NCBI GenBank assembly: GCA_038231455.1
Contig: JBBRLI010000045.1
Location: 1 to 11,986, forward strand
DNA from: Vulcanimicrobiales bacterium
GTDB lineage: Bacteria; Vulcanimicrobiota; Vulcanimicrobiia; Vulcanimicrobiales; Vulcanimicrobiaceae
Reading direction: 5' to 3'
DNA: 11,986 bases
A model generated the notes under the pieces. The model saw only the letters and a list, made by a program, of their open reading frames with translations. It was not told the origin of the DNA and searched no databases. The position numbers were made by a program, and so were the translations under genes. Positions 1-7,023 of the stretch are shown here, one piece after another (position 1 is the first letter of the stretch; every line of letters begins with the position of its first letter).

Positions 1-261
1 CGATTCATGGGGTTCGAGCGCGACGCCAATGCGGTCGACGCCGACCGGCTTCTCCCCCGCGAAGCGGACGTGAGCATGCCCGATCCGCGAGTAGTTGCCT
101 TCAGCGATGAGGCGCGGAAAAAGGTGCATCATCCCGTCCTTGGAGCGAACGCCGCCGGGATTGAGGACGCCCCATGCCTCGTGCGGCTGACCGGTCTGCG
201 GGCTCATGATGACGCCGAGCCGTGTGGCCGTAAAATTTAAATCGAGCGCGAGTGTCGACAT
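1..261 (-). CDS. Glycoside hydrolase family 130-like (beta-mannoside phosphorylase/glycosidase) protein, N-terminal part; runs off the left edge of the window
   Basis: Not in the ORF track because it has no stop inside the window. Hand translation from ATG at 261: MSTLALDLNFTATRLGVIMSPQTGQPHEAWGVLNPGGVRSKDGMMHLFPRLIAEGNYSRIGHAHVRFAGEKPVGVDRIGVALEPHES. The pattern GVLNP...hLFPR...SRIG is typical of the first blade of GH130 beta-propellers. GAGG SD-like motif about 10 nt upstream. Confidence 0.8.
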   Translation of the reverse strand, partial: MSTLALDLNFTATRLGVIMSPQTGQPHEAWGVLNPGGVRSKDGMMHLFPRLIAEGNYSRIGHAHVRFAGEKPVGVDRIGVALEPHES

Positions 262-390
262 GGTACGAGAACCTCAAGATTCAGGTGTTGGCCGAGGCGC
301 TAGACGAGCGGCAGAACCGACAACGCAGGACGCCGACCGAGCACTGCGGTGAATCGCCGATCACTGCAAGCATATCGCGGACCGGGCCGA

Positions 391-462
391 CTCGGTATCG
401 TGAAAATCATGGAGGCTCTCGAACGGCGCTGCGCCCGATTCCCTGATTTTCACGATACCGAG
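391..462. repeat. Perfect 19-bp inverted repeat with 34-nt spacer, extending imperfectly to about 373-480
   Basis: CTCGGTATCGTGAAAATCA (391-409) is the exact reverse complement of TGATTTTCACGATACCGAG (444-462). Outer arms TATCGCG (373-379) and CGCGATA (474-480) also pair. Confidence 0.9.
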
Positions 463-492
463 CCGACGCGGGGCGCGATACAGTTAAGTGAC

Positions 493-1326
493 ATGGCAAT
501 TCTCGATCACCGCGAGCTGCAGGTCGAACCCGGCCAAAACGTTGCTTTGGCCGACATCGATGCCGGTTCAACAGGTGTTTTTGACCATCACCGACGTGCG
601 AAGAAGAAGCTTCACCGCGATATCAAGCGACTCGCCGAGCTGCAAAGCATCTTTTACGCCTCCGGACAGTATGCGCTGCTCATCGTTCTGCAGGGCATGG
701 ACACGGCAGGCAAGGACAGCGCGATCAAACACGTGATGACCGGCGTCAACCCGCAAGGCGTTGACGTTACCAGCTTCAAGGCACCCTCAACGCTCGAGCT
801 GGAGCACGACTACCTCTGGCGGACGACCAAAGCACTGCCGCCGCGCGGACGCATCGGCATTTTCAATCGTTCGTACTACGAGGAACTCTTGGTCACACGC
901 GTGCACGAATCGCTGCTCGATCGCGAGAATCTTCCGCCGGGCAGCGCATCGGATCCGGACCTCTGGAAGGATCGCTTCGAGGACATCAACGGCTTCGAGC
1001 ATCACTTGTCGCGCAACGGTACCGTCATCGTGAAGCTCTTTCTGCATCTTTCACAAGACGAACAGCGCAAGCGCTTACTTGCGCGGATCGATACGCCGGA
1101 CAAGAATTGGAAATTTTCAGCGGCCGACGTTCACGAACGCACGTTCTGGAACAGCTACCAATGCGCATACGAGCAGATGCTCGAGCATACGAGCACCGCG
1201 TGGGCACCGTGGTACATCGTTCCCGCCGACCACAAGTGGTTCACGCGCGTAGCGGTCGCCGGGATCCTCGTTGCGAAGCTCGAATCGCTCGGTCTTGCTT
1301 ACCCGCAGGTTAGTGACGAGCGGTGA
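493..1326 (+). CDS. ppk2: Polyphosphate kinase 2 family, class III-like polyphosphate:nucleotide phosphotransferase
   Basis: Walker A LQGMDTAGKDSAIKHV, GVNPQG, SFKAPS..EL.HDYLWR, FNRSYYEELLVTRVH, KNWKFS and TAWAPWYIVPADHKWFTR. Start placed at ATG 493 (MAILDHRELQVEPG), because the ORF-track extension from 349 crosses the inverted repeat and is not PPK2-like. The frame continues past TGA 1324-1326 to 1410 (see findings). Confidence 0.93.
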   Translation: MAILDHRELQVEPGQNVALADIDAGSTGVFDHHRRAKKKLHRDIKRLAELQSIFYASGQYALLIVLQGMDTAGKDSAIKHVMTGVNPQGVDVTSFKAPSTLELEHDYLWRTTKALPPRGRIGIFNRSYYEELLVTRVHESLLDRENLPPGSASDPDLWKDRFEDINGFEHHLSRNGTVIVKLFLHLSQDEQRKRLLARIDTPDKNWKFSAADVHERTFWNSYQCAYEQMLEHTSTAWAPWYIVPADHKWFTRVAVAGILVAKLESLGLAYPQVSDER

Positions 1327-1406
1327 GCGCATCTGGCGGCACTCGAGAAGCAGCTTACGCTTGAAGGCGAACACGTTCACGAGGGACAGCCGCAACGCAC
1401 ATCTGC

Positions 1407-1613
1407 GTGAAGCGTATTCTCGGCGTCGATCGCGGTTTATCGCCAATCGCGTTTGCGACCTATGAAACAGAATCGATCGGCGAGCGAATCGTGATGTACG
1501 GCGGTGTTGAACCGCTCGGGGAGGCCAACGCTGGCGATCCTCAACGCGTTGCGTGCAACGACAGCGACGGATGCAACGGCGGTTCCTCGGAATTTATTGG
1601 GAAGTGCGGGTAG
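1407..1613 (+). pseudogene. Probable degenerate N-terminal remnant of acetate kinase
   Basis: MKRILGVDRGLSPIAFATYETESIGERIVMYGGVEPLG...RVACNDSDG resembles the AckA N-terminus (ILVhNxGSSSIKFALYE...GxhExIG), but the catalytic GSSSxK motif is eroded and the ORF is only 68 aa. Its GTG overlaps the TGA at 1408-1410 of the extended ppk2 frame. Confidence 0.45.
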
Positions 1614-1824
1614 ATATTTTCCGAGGATCCGGTACGGCAAGCCGAAGGCAAGAGATGCCTCGCGTAAACCGGCGATTGACGACGAGCTCGCGCGATCCGT
1701 CGAAATGGAGCTCGCCCTTGCCAAGGCGCGTATTCGCATCAACCGCAAGTAAAACGTGTCGATACTTATATCCTCGAACATGCTGCCCACCATGTTCGAG
1801 CGTGCCCCAGGCAAAGTGAAGTGA

Positions 1825-1846
1825 TGCCGGTTGGGCGCAACCGGCA
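1825..1846. terminator. GC-rich hairpin between convergent genes; possible weak terminator
   Basis: TGCCGGTTG-GGCG-CAACCGGCA, a 9-bp stem. No canonical U-tract follows it on either strand (minus strand reads TCACTTCACTTT). Confidence 0.35.
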
Positions 1847-1940
1847 AAAATGGAGTCTCATGGCCATTGACTGGCCCCTCAAAACGCACGCAGACCACTA
1901 GACCACTGCACCCGCCAGTGCGTTTCATGTAACCCGGGCG

Positions 1941-3050
1941 CTACTGTAGGTAGGCTTTACCGATCGCCATGCCTTGACGAACGTGCACGCCTTGCTGCGA
2001 GTCGAGGTGCACGTTGCTGCGTTGCTCGAACACCATAACGAAGTCCGACCCACCGAAGGCGAAGTAGCCGAGCTCCTCGCCCTTACGAAGTTCGCGCCCG
2101 ACTTCCGCCGTCATCACCACCGACGAGACTTGCGCCATGCCCATCGGCACGCAGGCAACCAGGCCGATTGGCGAATCGATGACTGCCAGGCCGCGCGTCT
2201 GCACGAACTGGTAGCCCGTTTGGTCGAGACAATTCAGCACGTTACCGGGCTTGCCGTTCGCTGTGCCGGGGATCGCCTCGACGTCGAGAAACGCCTGACC
2301 TTGAATGACGCGCGCCTCCAAGACCGTTCCGGGAACCGGCGTGTGCCAGCGATGGTAATCCGTGGTGTTGAGAAAGCTATGCGTGAAGATGCCGTCCTTG
2401 AAGCGATCCGCGTACGGACTACCCTCGAGGAGCTGATGAATCGACCAGTGTAGACCTTTGCTCTTCACCAAGATATCGGATGAATCACTGATCTGCCACC
2501 AGCCGACGAACGTGGAATCGGCCGGCGCGACGAGCACCGTCGGATCGTTGAGAGACGCGACAGGACGCAAACCGGGCTTGACGTCGCGCGCCATGAATTG
2601 GTTGAAGGTTTGGTAGCCGCTCGGCGGTGCCATGTATTCGTCCCAATTAAAGTTCGGCGCGGTCTTGAACGATTCGATCTCCTTTGCGGACTCGGTCGTA
2701 TCGAGATAACTGCCCCACGACTTTGCGAATTCGTCGATCCAAGCCGAGAGCTGGGTCAGCGTCTGGACGCCCTTGCCGGGCTCGATCGGGTTTTGCAAGC
2801 TTCGGACCGGTTCTTGATCGAGGATGAAGTAGAACTCGGCCATCTTCTGATAGATCCGGTGCGAATCACCGGGCGATGACGGTGTCCATTTTGCGAAGCC
2901 GTCGACGTACTTCAGGTAGTCTTCGAGCGTCTTGATGCCGGCGAGCGACTCGATGTGGAGCTTTTCCGTCGTCGCGATTGCCTCGTCGAACTTGGCCTTC
3001 CAGCCGTTCTTGTCGATCAGTGCGGAGAGTTTTTCCGTTACGGGATGCAT
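1941..3050 (-). CDS. Phosphatidylserine decarboxylase family (pyruvoyl-dependent, self-cleaving) protein; substrate uncertain
   Basis: YQTFNQFMARDVKPGLRPVA, APADS (catalytic Asp), FLNTTDYHRWHTPV (His) and KGEELGYFAFGGSD (GG/S autocleavage; Ser codon at 2046-2048 gives a 35-aa alpha chain). AAGGA SD upstream of ATG 3050. No obvious TM segment. Confidence 0.9.
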   Translation of the reverse strand: MHPVTEKLSALIDKNGWKAKFDEAIATTEKLHIESLAGIKTLEDYLKYVDGFAKWTPSSPGDSHRIYQKMAEFYFILDQEPVRSLQNPIEPGKGVQTLTQLSAWIDEFAKSWGSYLDTTESAKEIESFKTAPNFNWDEYMAPPSGYQTFNQFMARDVKPGLRPVASLNDPTVLVAPADSTFVGWWQISDSSDILVKSKGLHWSIHQLLEGSPYADRFKDGIFTHSFLNTTDYHRWHTPVPGTVLEARVIQGQAFLDVEAIPGTANGKPGNVLNCLDQTGYQFVQTRGLAVIDSPIGLVACVPMGMAQVSSVVMTAEVGRELRKGEELGYFAFGGSDFVMVFEQRSNVHLDSQQGVHVRQGMAIGKAYLQ

Positions 3051-3449
3051 ACAGGACTACTTTCCTTGACGATGATGAGTTAGCGGCGGAAGCCGAGCGG
3101 GTCGGTTGGCAAGTCGAGGGTTGGAATATCGTTCAGACGCGGTCGCTCGAGCCGACTGCTAATTAAAAATGATTCGTGTTTTTGGTAGGCGGCTCCGAAT
3201 GCTGATAGGCCAACGGGTACGCACCAAGGCGCTCGAGCAAGCCCTTGCAGTCGAACGACCGGAATTGCCACGGCGAGCTTTGCCGTCCCAGCAAAACAGA
3301 TGTTAGACCTCGACCGCGTGTCACGCAATCGTGGTTTTCTCGGATAGCTTTCGGTAAATAGAGATGCCAGTATTGGGTGCGCCCTTGGCCCGAGCAATGT
3401 ACTGCAATTACGGGAATACGTTCGGCCATATTCAAGACAGGCGGACCAT

Positions 3450-5027
3450 ATGTCGAGCAATGCAGCACCGAAGCGGCAGCCGGGCGCGGTTAAGAAAAAG
3501 GTCGTCGTGATCAGCATGATCACGCTCGCGATCATGAATGTCACCACCGTCATGAGTCTGCGCGGCCTGCCGTCCCAAGCCGTATACGGCTTAAATTCAA
3601 TCTTCTATTTCGGGCTCGCTGCGGTCGTATTCTTGATTCCAGTCGCGCTCGTCGCAGCGGAACTGGCGTCGACATTCCCGGAAAAGGGCGGCGTCTTCCG
3701 TTGGATCGGCGAGGCATTCGGTCCGGCTTGGGGCTTTGCTGCATTGTATTACGAGTGGCAGTCGATCGTCGTCTGGTTTCCGACCGTCTTGATCTTTGCC
3801 GGCGTCGCTTTCGCCTATATCTTCGGCTCGGCGAGCTTCGATGCGGCACTCGCAGCCAACAAGTTCTACGTCATCGCTGTCGTGCTTTTGGTGTTCTGGT
3901 CGGTCACGCTCTTCACGTTTCGCGGAATCCAATCGTCCTCGAAGTTGAGTACGCTCGGCGGCTTGATTGGTACGATCATTCCGGGCGCGATTCTTATTCT
4001 CGCCGCCGGCGTCTACGTCGTGCTCGGCAATCCAGTCCATCTCGACATGACAACCGGGTACATTCCGAAGTTTAACAACATAAGCACGGTCGTACTGGCC
4101 GGAAGTATCTTTCTCTTTTTCGCGGGCATGGAGATGCAAGCGGTTCACATCACGGATATGAAAAACCCAAGCCGCGACTATCCGCTTTCCCTTTTGATCG
4201 CTACGGTGGTGATCGTTGCGGTGTTCGTGCTCGGGACGTTGGCGATTGCGATAATCGTACCGCAAAAAGATATCAATCTCACACAGAGCCTACTCGTGGC
4301 GTTCCGCACCTTGTGGACGGCATTGCACGTGCCGTGGATGGGGAACGTGATGGCGGCGATGCTGGCGTTCGGCGTGCTGGGGCAGGTGAGCGTGATCATT
4401 GCGGGCCCGTCCACCGGCCTGCTCGCGGTCGGTAAAGGCGGGTATCTCCCGAAATTCTTCCAGCGCACGAACAAGAACGGAATTCAGGTTCCAATCCTGG
4501 TCTTCCAGGGGATCGTCGTCAGCGTTCTCGCGTTAGCACTGACGGTGCTACCGTCTGTGCAGTCTGCCTATCAAATCCTCAGCCAAATGGCGACGGTGAT
4601 CATCCTGGTCATGTACCTGATCATGTACGCCGCCGCTCTCCGTCTCCGACATACGCAGCCGAACAAACACCGGCCCTTCAAAATTCCCGGCAACGCCGTG
4701 GGCATATGGCTCGTTGGCGGAATCGGCTTCATCGCCGCGCTCGGCGCATGCGTTTTGAGCTTTATCCCGCCGACGCAAATCGCGACCGGCAGTCCGGTGC
4801 TTTACATTGGCATCCTGGTGGTCGGTAGCGCCATCTTCCTTGCGATCCCGTTTGTGATCTATGCGTTCCGCAAGCCCGAATGGAAAGCTGCCAATGCGGA
4901 CTTTGCTGCGTTCGATTGGCAAATCGAAGGCCGCACGCCGAGCGAAGTTTCGAAGTGGCCGGTCGGCCACGTTGCAAAGCCGGTGCCCGTTCCGAACAAG
5001 GCACCATCGCCACCGGCTGCGGCCTAA
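3450..5027 (+). CDS. APC-superfamily amino acid/amine antiporter, GadC-like
   Basis: About 12 hydrophobic segments. TLAIMNVTTVMSLRGLPSQA, FLIPVALVAAELA, GGVFRWIGEAFG, FLFFAGMEMQAVH and RPFKIPG are characteristic of the GadC-type antiporter group. Hydrophilic C-terminal tail. Confidence 0.9.
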   Translation: MSSNAAPKRQPGAVKKKVVVISMITLAIMNVTTVMSLRGLPSQAVYGLNSIFYFGLAAVVFLIPVALVAAELASTFPEKGGVFRWIGEAFGPAWGFAALYYEWQSIVVWFPTVLIFAGVAFAYIFGSASFDAALAANKFYVIAVVLLVFWSVTLFTFRGIQSSSKLSTLGGLIGTIIPGAILILAAGVYVVLGNPVHLDMTTGYIPKFNNISTVVLAGSIFLFFAGMEMQAVHITDMKNPSRDYPLSLLIATVVIVAVFVLGTLAIAIIVPQKDINLTQSLLVAFRTLWTALHVPWMGNVMAAMLAFGVLGQVSVIIAGPSTGLLAVGKGGYLPKFFQRTNKNGIQVPILVFQGIVVSVLALALTVLPSVQSAYQILSQMATVIILVMYLIMYAAALRLRHTQPNKHRPFKIPGNAVGIWLVGGIGFIAALGACVLSFIPPTQIATGSPVLYIGILVVGSAIFLAIPFVIYAFRKPEWKAANADFAAFDWQIEGRTPSEVSKWPVGHVAKPVPVPNKAPSPPAAA

Positions 5028-5091
5028 AAATGCATCCCTCGGACTGATTCTCGACACCCGATTCTCTCGGCTCACAAAGGACAACCTCACC

Positions 5092-7023
5092 ATGTCGACC
5101 AGTATCCGCCCAAACGGTACCGCTCTCGTTCTGAACGATCATGCGAACGGCGCCGCGGCCGCAACGCCTCTCGCAGTCGAAGCGCTCTTCCTTGGGCCGA
5201 AGTCCGAAAATCAGCAGTTTTTCCGGTCGAGTCTGCGTGCGATCATCGAAGATCACATCCACTGGCGCAGCGACTTCAACCCCGCCGACAAAGCGATTGT
5301 ATCGGTCTCGGAAATGCGCGACGCACCATTCGTGCACACACTCGATCGGACGACTGAAGTGCTTGATCAGGTGTCTACGCGCTTACGCGAGTCGCAAGGT
5401 CCATGGTTTTCCGTCCGCTACCTCGGGCACATGCTGTCTGACATTCTCATGGTCGCAAATCTCGCCAAGATGGCGACGATTCTCTATAACCCGAACAACT
5501 GCGCATACGAAGCCTCGGAAGCTACCGAACCGATGGAGTTGGAGGTCGGTAAGGACTTCGGCCGTTTGCTCGGTTACGATGCGCAAACGAGTTGGGGACA
5601 CATCACGACCGACGGAACCGTCGCAAACTACGAGTCGCTGTGGCTGGCAAGAAACCTAAAGTCGTTCCCGCTTGCTGTTCAGCAGATCTCCCCGGACCTG
5701 GTCCAAGGGCTAGACGAGTGGCAGCTACTCAATCTCTCAGTCGAGAGCATCCTCGATCTTCTCGATAGCACAAAGAAGCAGGGAACCTTTGCCAAGGTGC
5801 TTGAGGCGTCGGCCCGCGGTCGTGGTGCCGGCGGCGGGAAGTTGGGCAAAGTTCTCGTTCCGCAATCGCGCCATTACTCGTGGGAGAAGGCGGCGGACAT
5901 CCTTGGCATCGGTTTGGATGCGCTCGTAAACGTGCCGGTGGACAACCTTTACCGGATCGATCTGCACGCACTGCGCGCTTCACTCGAAGACTGTCTCGCA
6001 AAGCACGTTCCGGTCATGGCGTTGATCTCCGTCGTCGGAACGACGGAAGAAGGCGCCATCGACGACATAGCCGCGATCGTCGCAATGCGCGAAGAATTTG
6101 CCAAAAAGGGCCTTTTGTTCTATTACCACATTGATGCGGCATACGGCGGCTACGGTCGAACGCTGTTTCTCGACGAGCAGGGCGACTTCATGGAGTACGC
6201 TACGCTGCAGCAGCGGATCGATGAGCTCGATGTAGCCGGCCCGGAGCACAACTTCCCCTCGAAGAGCGTGTGGAGTTCTTATCGGGCGATGCCGGCGGCC
6301 GACTCGGTCACGATTGACCCGCACAAGATGGGCTACGTGCCTTACGCAGCCGGCGGGATCAGCGTTCGCAATAAACGCATCCTCGGTTTGGTCTCGTATT
6401 CGGCTGCATACGTCTTCGACGGCAAGGACATCGAACTCAATCTTGCCAGCGTTATCATGGAAGGCTCGAAGTCCGGCGCATCGGCTGCGGGTGTTTGGGC
6501 CGCGCATCAACTGCTTCCGCAGAACATCGCCGGTTACGGTCAACTGATGGCGCGTAGTCTCGGCGGTGCTCGCCACTTCGTTCGGACGCTCGCGAAGCTC
6601 GAAGAGTTCTCCGTTTCCGGTAAGACGATCGTATGCCGTCCGCTACTGAGCGAACCGGACTTCAACATCGTCTGCATGGCCTTCAACTATAAAGGCAACA
6701 CGAGCCTAGCGACGATGAACGACCTAAATATGAAGATCTATCATGCCTCGTCCTATTCGGGCGGCCGGATGTATTCCGAGGATTGGATCACGTCGCATAC
6801 CGTGCTTGAAGCAAAATCATACGGGACGGCTCCGGTCGATTTCATCAAAAAGTTCGGCATCACCGAGGCCGAATGGAAAGACGTCGGTCAGGTCGTTGTC
6901 CTGCGTGCCTGCGTGTTGCACCCGTGGATGGCGAGTGCGTCGACATATCCGGAACAGTGGCAGTCGTATCTCGAAATAATGCAAGGCAAGATCGCGCAGA
7001 TTATCGCCAACGACAAGCCGTGA
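5092..7023 (+). CDS. tdc: Group II PLP-dependent decarboxylase, tyrosine decarboxylase (TyrDC/TdcA)-like, 643 aa
   Basis: Collinear with Enterococcus/Lactobacillus TyrDC as I recall it: ALFLGPKSEN, RYLGHM, WGHITTDGTVANYESLWLARNLKSFP, VPQSRHYSWEKAADILGIG, VVGTTEEGAID, HIDAAYGGYGRTLFLDE, SVTIDPHKMGYVPYAAGG (PLP Lys at 6325-6327), EGSKSGA and FGITEAEW..VGQVVVLRA. Start is ATG 5092 with an AAAGGA SD. Substrate not certain. Confidence 0.9.
   Translation: MSTSIRPNGTALVLNDHANGAAAATPLAVEALFLGPKSENQQFFRSSLRAIIEDHIHWRSDFNPADKAIVSVSEMRDAPFVHTLDRTTEVLDQVSTRLRESQGPWFSVRYLGHMLSDILMVANLAKMATILYNPNNCAYEASEATEPMELEVGKDFGRLLGYDAQTSWGHITTDGTVANYESLWLARNLKSFPLAVQQISPDLVQGLDEWQLLNLSVESILDLLDSTKKQGTFAKVLEASARGRGAGGGKLGKVLVPQSRHYSWEKAADILGIGLDALVNVPVDNLYRIDLHALRASLEDCLAKHVPVMALISVVGTTEEGAIDDIAAIVAMREEFAKKGLLFYYHIDAAYGGYGRTLFLDEQGDFMEYATLQQRIDELDVAGPEHNFPSKSVWSSYRAMPAADSVTIDPHKMGYVPYAAGGISVRNKRILGLVSYSAAYVFDGKDIELNLASVIMEGSKSGASAAGVWAAHQLLPQNIAGYGQLMARSLGGARHFVRTLAKLEEFSVSGKTIVCRPLLSEPDFNIVCMAFNYKGNTSLATMNDLNMKIYHASSYSGGRMYSEDWITSHTVLEAKSYGTAPVDFIKKFGITEAEWKDVGQVVVLRACVLHPWMASASTYPEQWQSYLEIMQGKIAQIIANDKP

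Noticed and set aside
391-462. Repeat-34 nt-repeat pattern considered as a mini CRISPR
   Set aside because: The repeats are inverted rather than direct, there are only two units, and there are no cas genes.
349-492. N-terminal extension of the ppk2 ORF, and ORF 252..446
   Set aside because: They cross the inverted repeat and the divergent intergenic region, with no recognisable protein features.
1504-1752. 82-aa ORF ending in helical-looking DDELARSVEMELALAKARIRINRK
   Set aside because: No convincing start or SD and no recognisable family. It may be a gene fragment, but I cannot support that.
1773-1800. CGAAC...GTTCG resembles a Gram-positive LexA box
   Set aside because: The spacer is 14 nt rather than 4, and the site lies between convergent genes.
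1890-1916. Minus-strand GGTGCAGTGGTCTAGTGGTCT resembles a tRNA 5' end
   Set aside because: No D-stem partner, anticodon arm or TTCGA T-loop follows.
3385-3402. Possible sigma-54 promoter TGGCCCG-N4-ATGT upstream of the antiporter
   Set aside because: The -12 element lacks the conserved GC, and there is no activator gene in the window.
4861-5091. 77-aa N-terminal extension of the decarboxylase ORF; likewise 6873-7019 for the barrel
   Set aside because: Both overlap the upstream genes. Better starts exist at 5092 (with SD) and 7020 (coupled start followed by a signal peptide).
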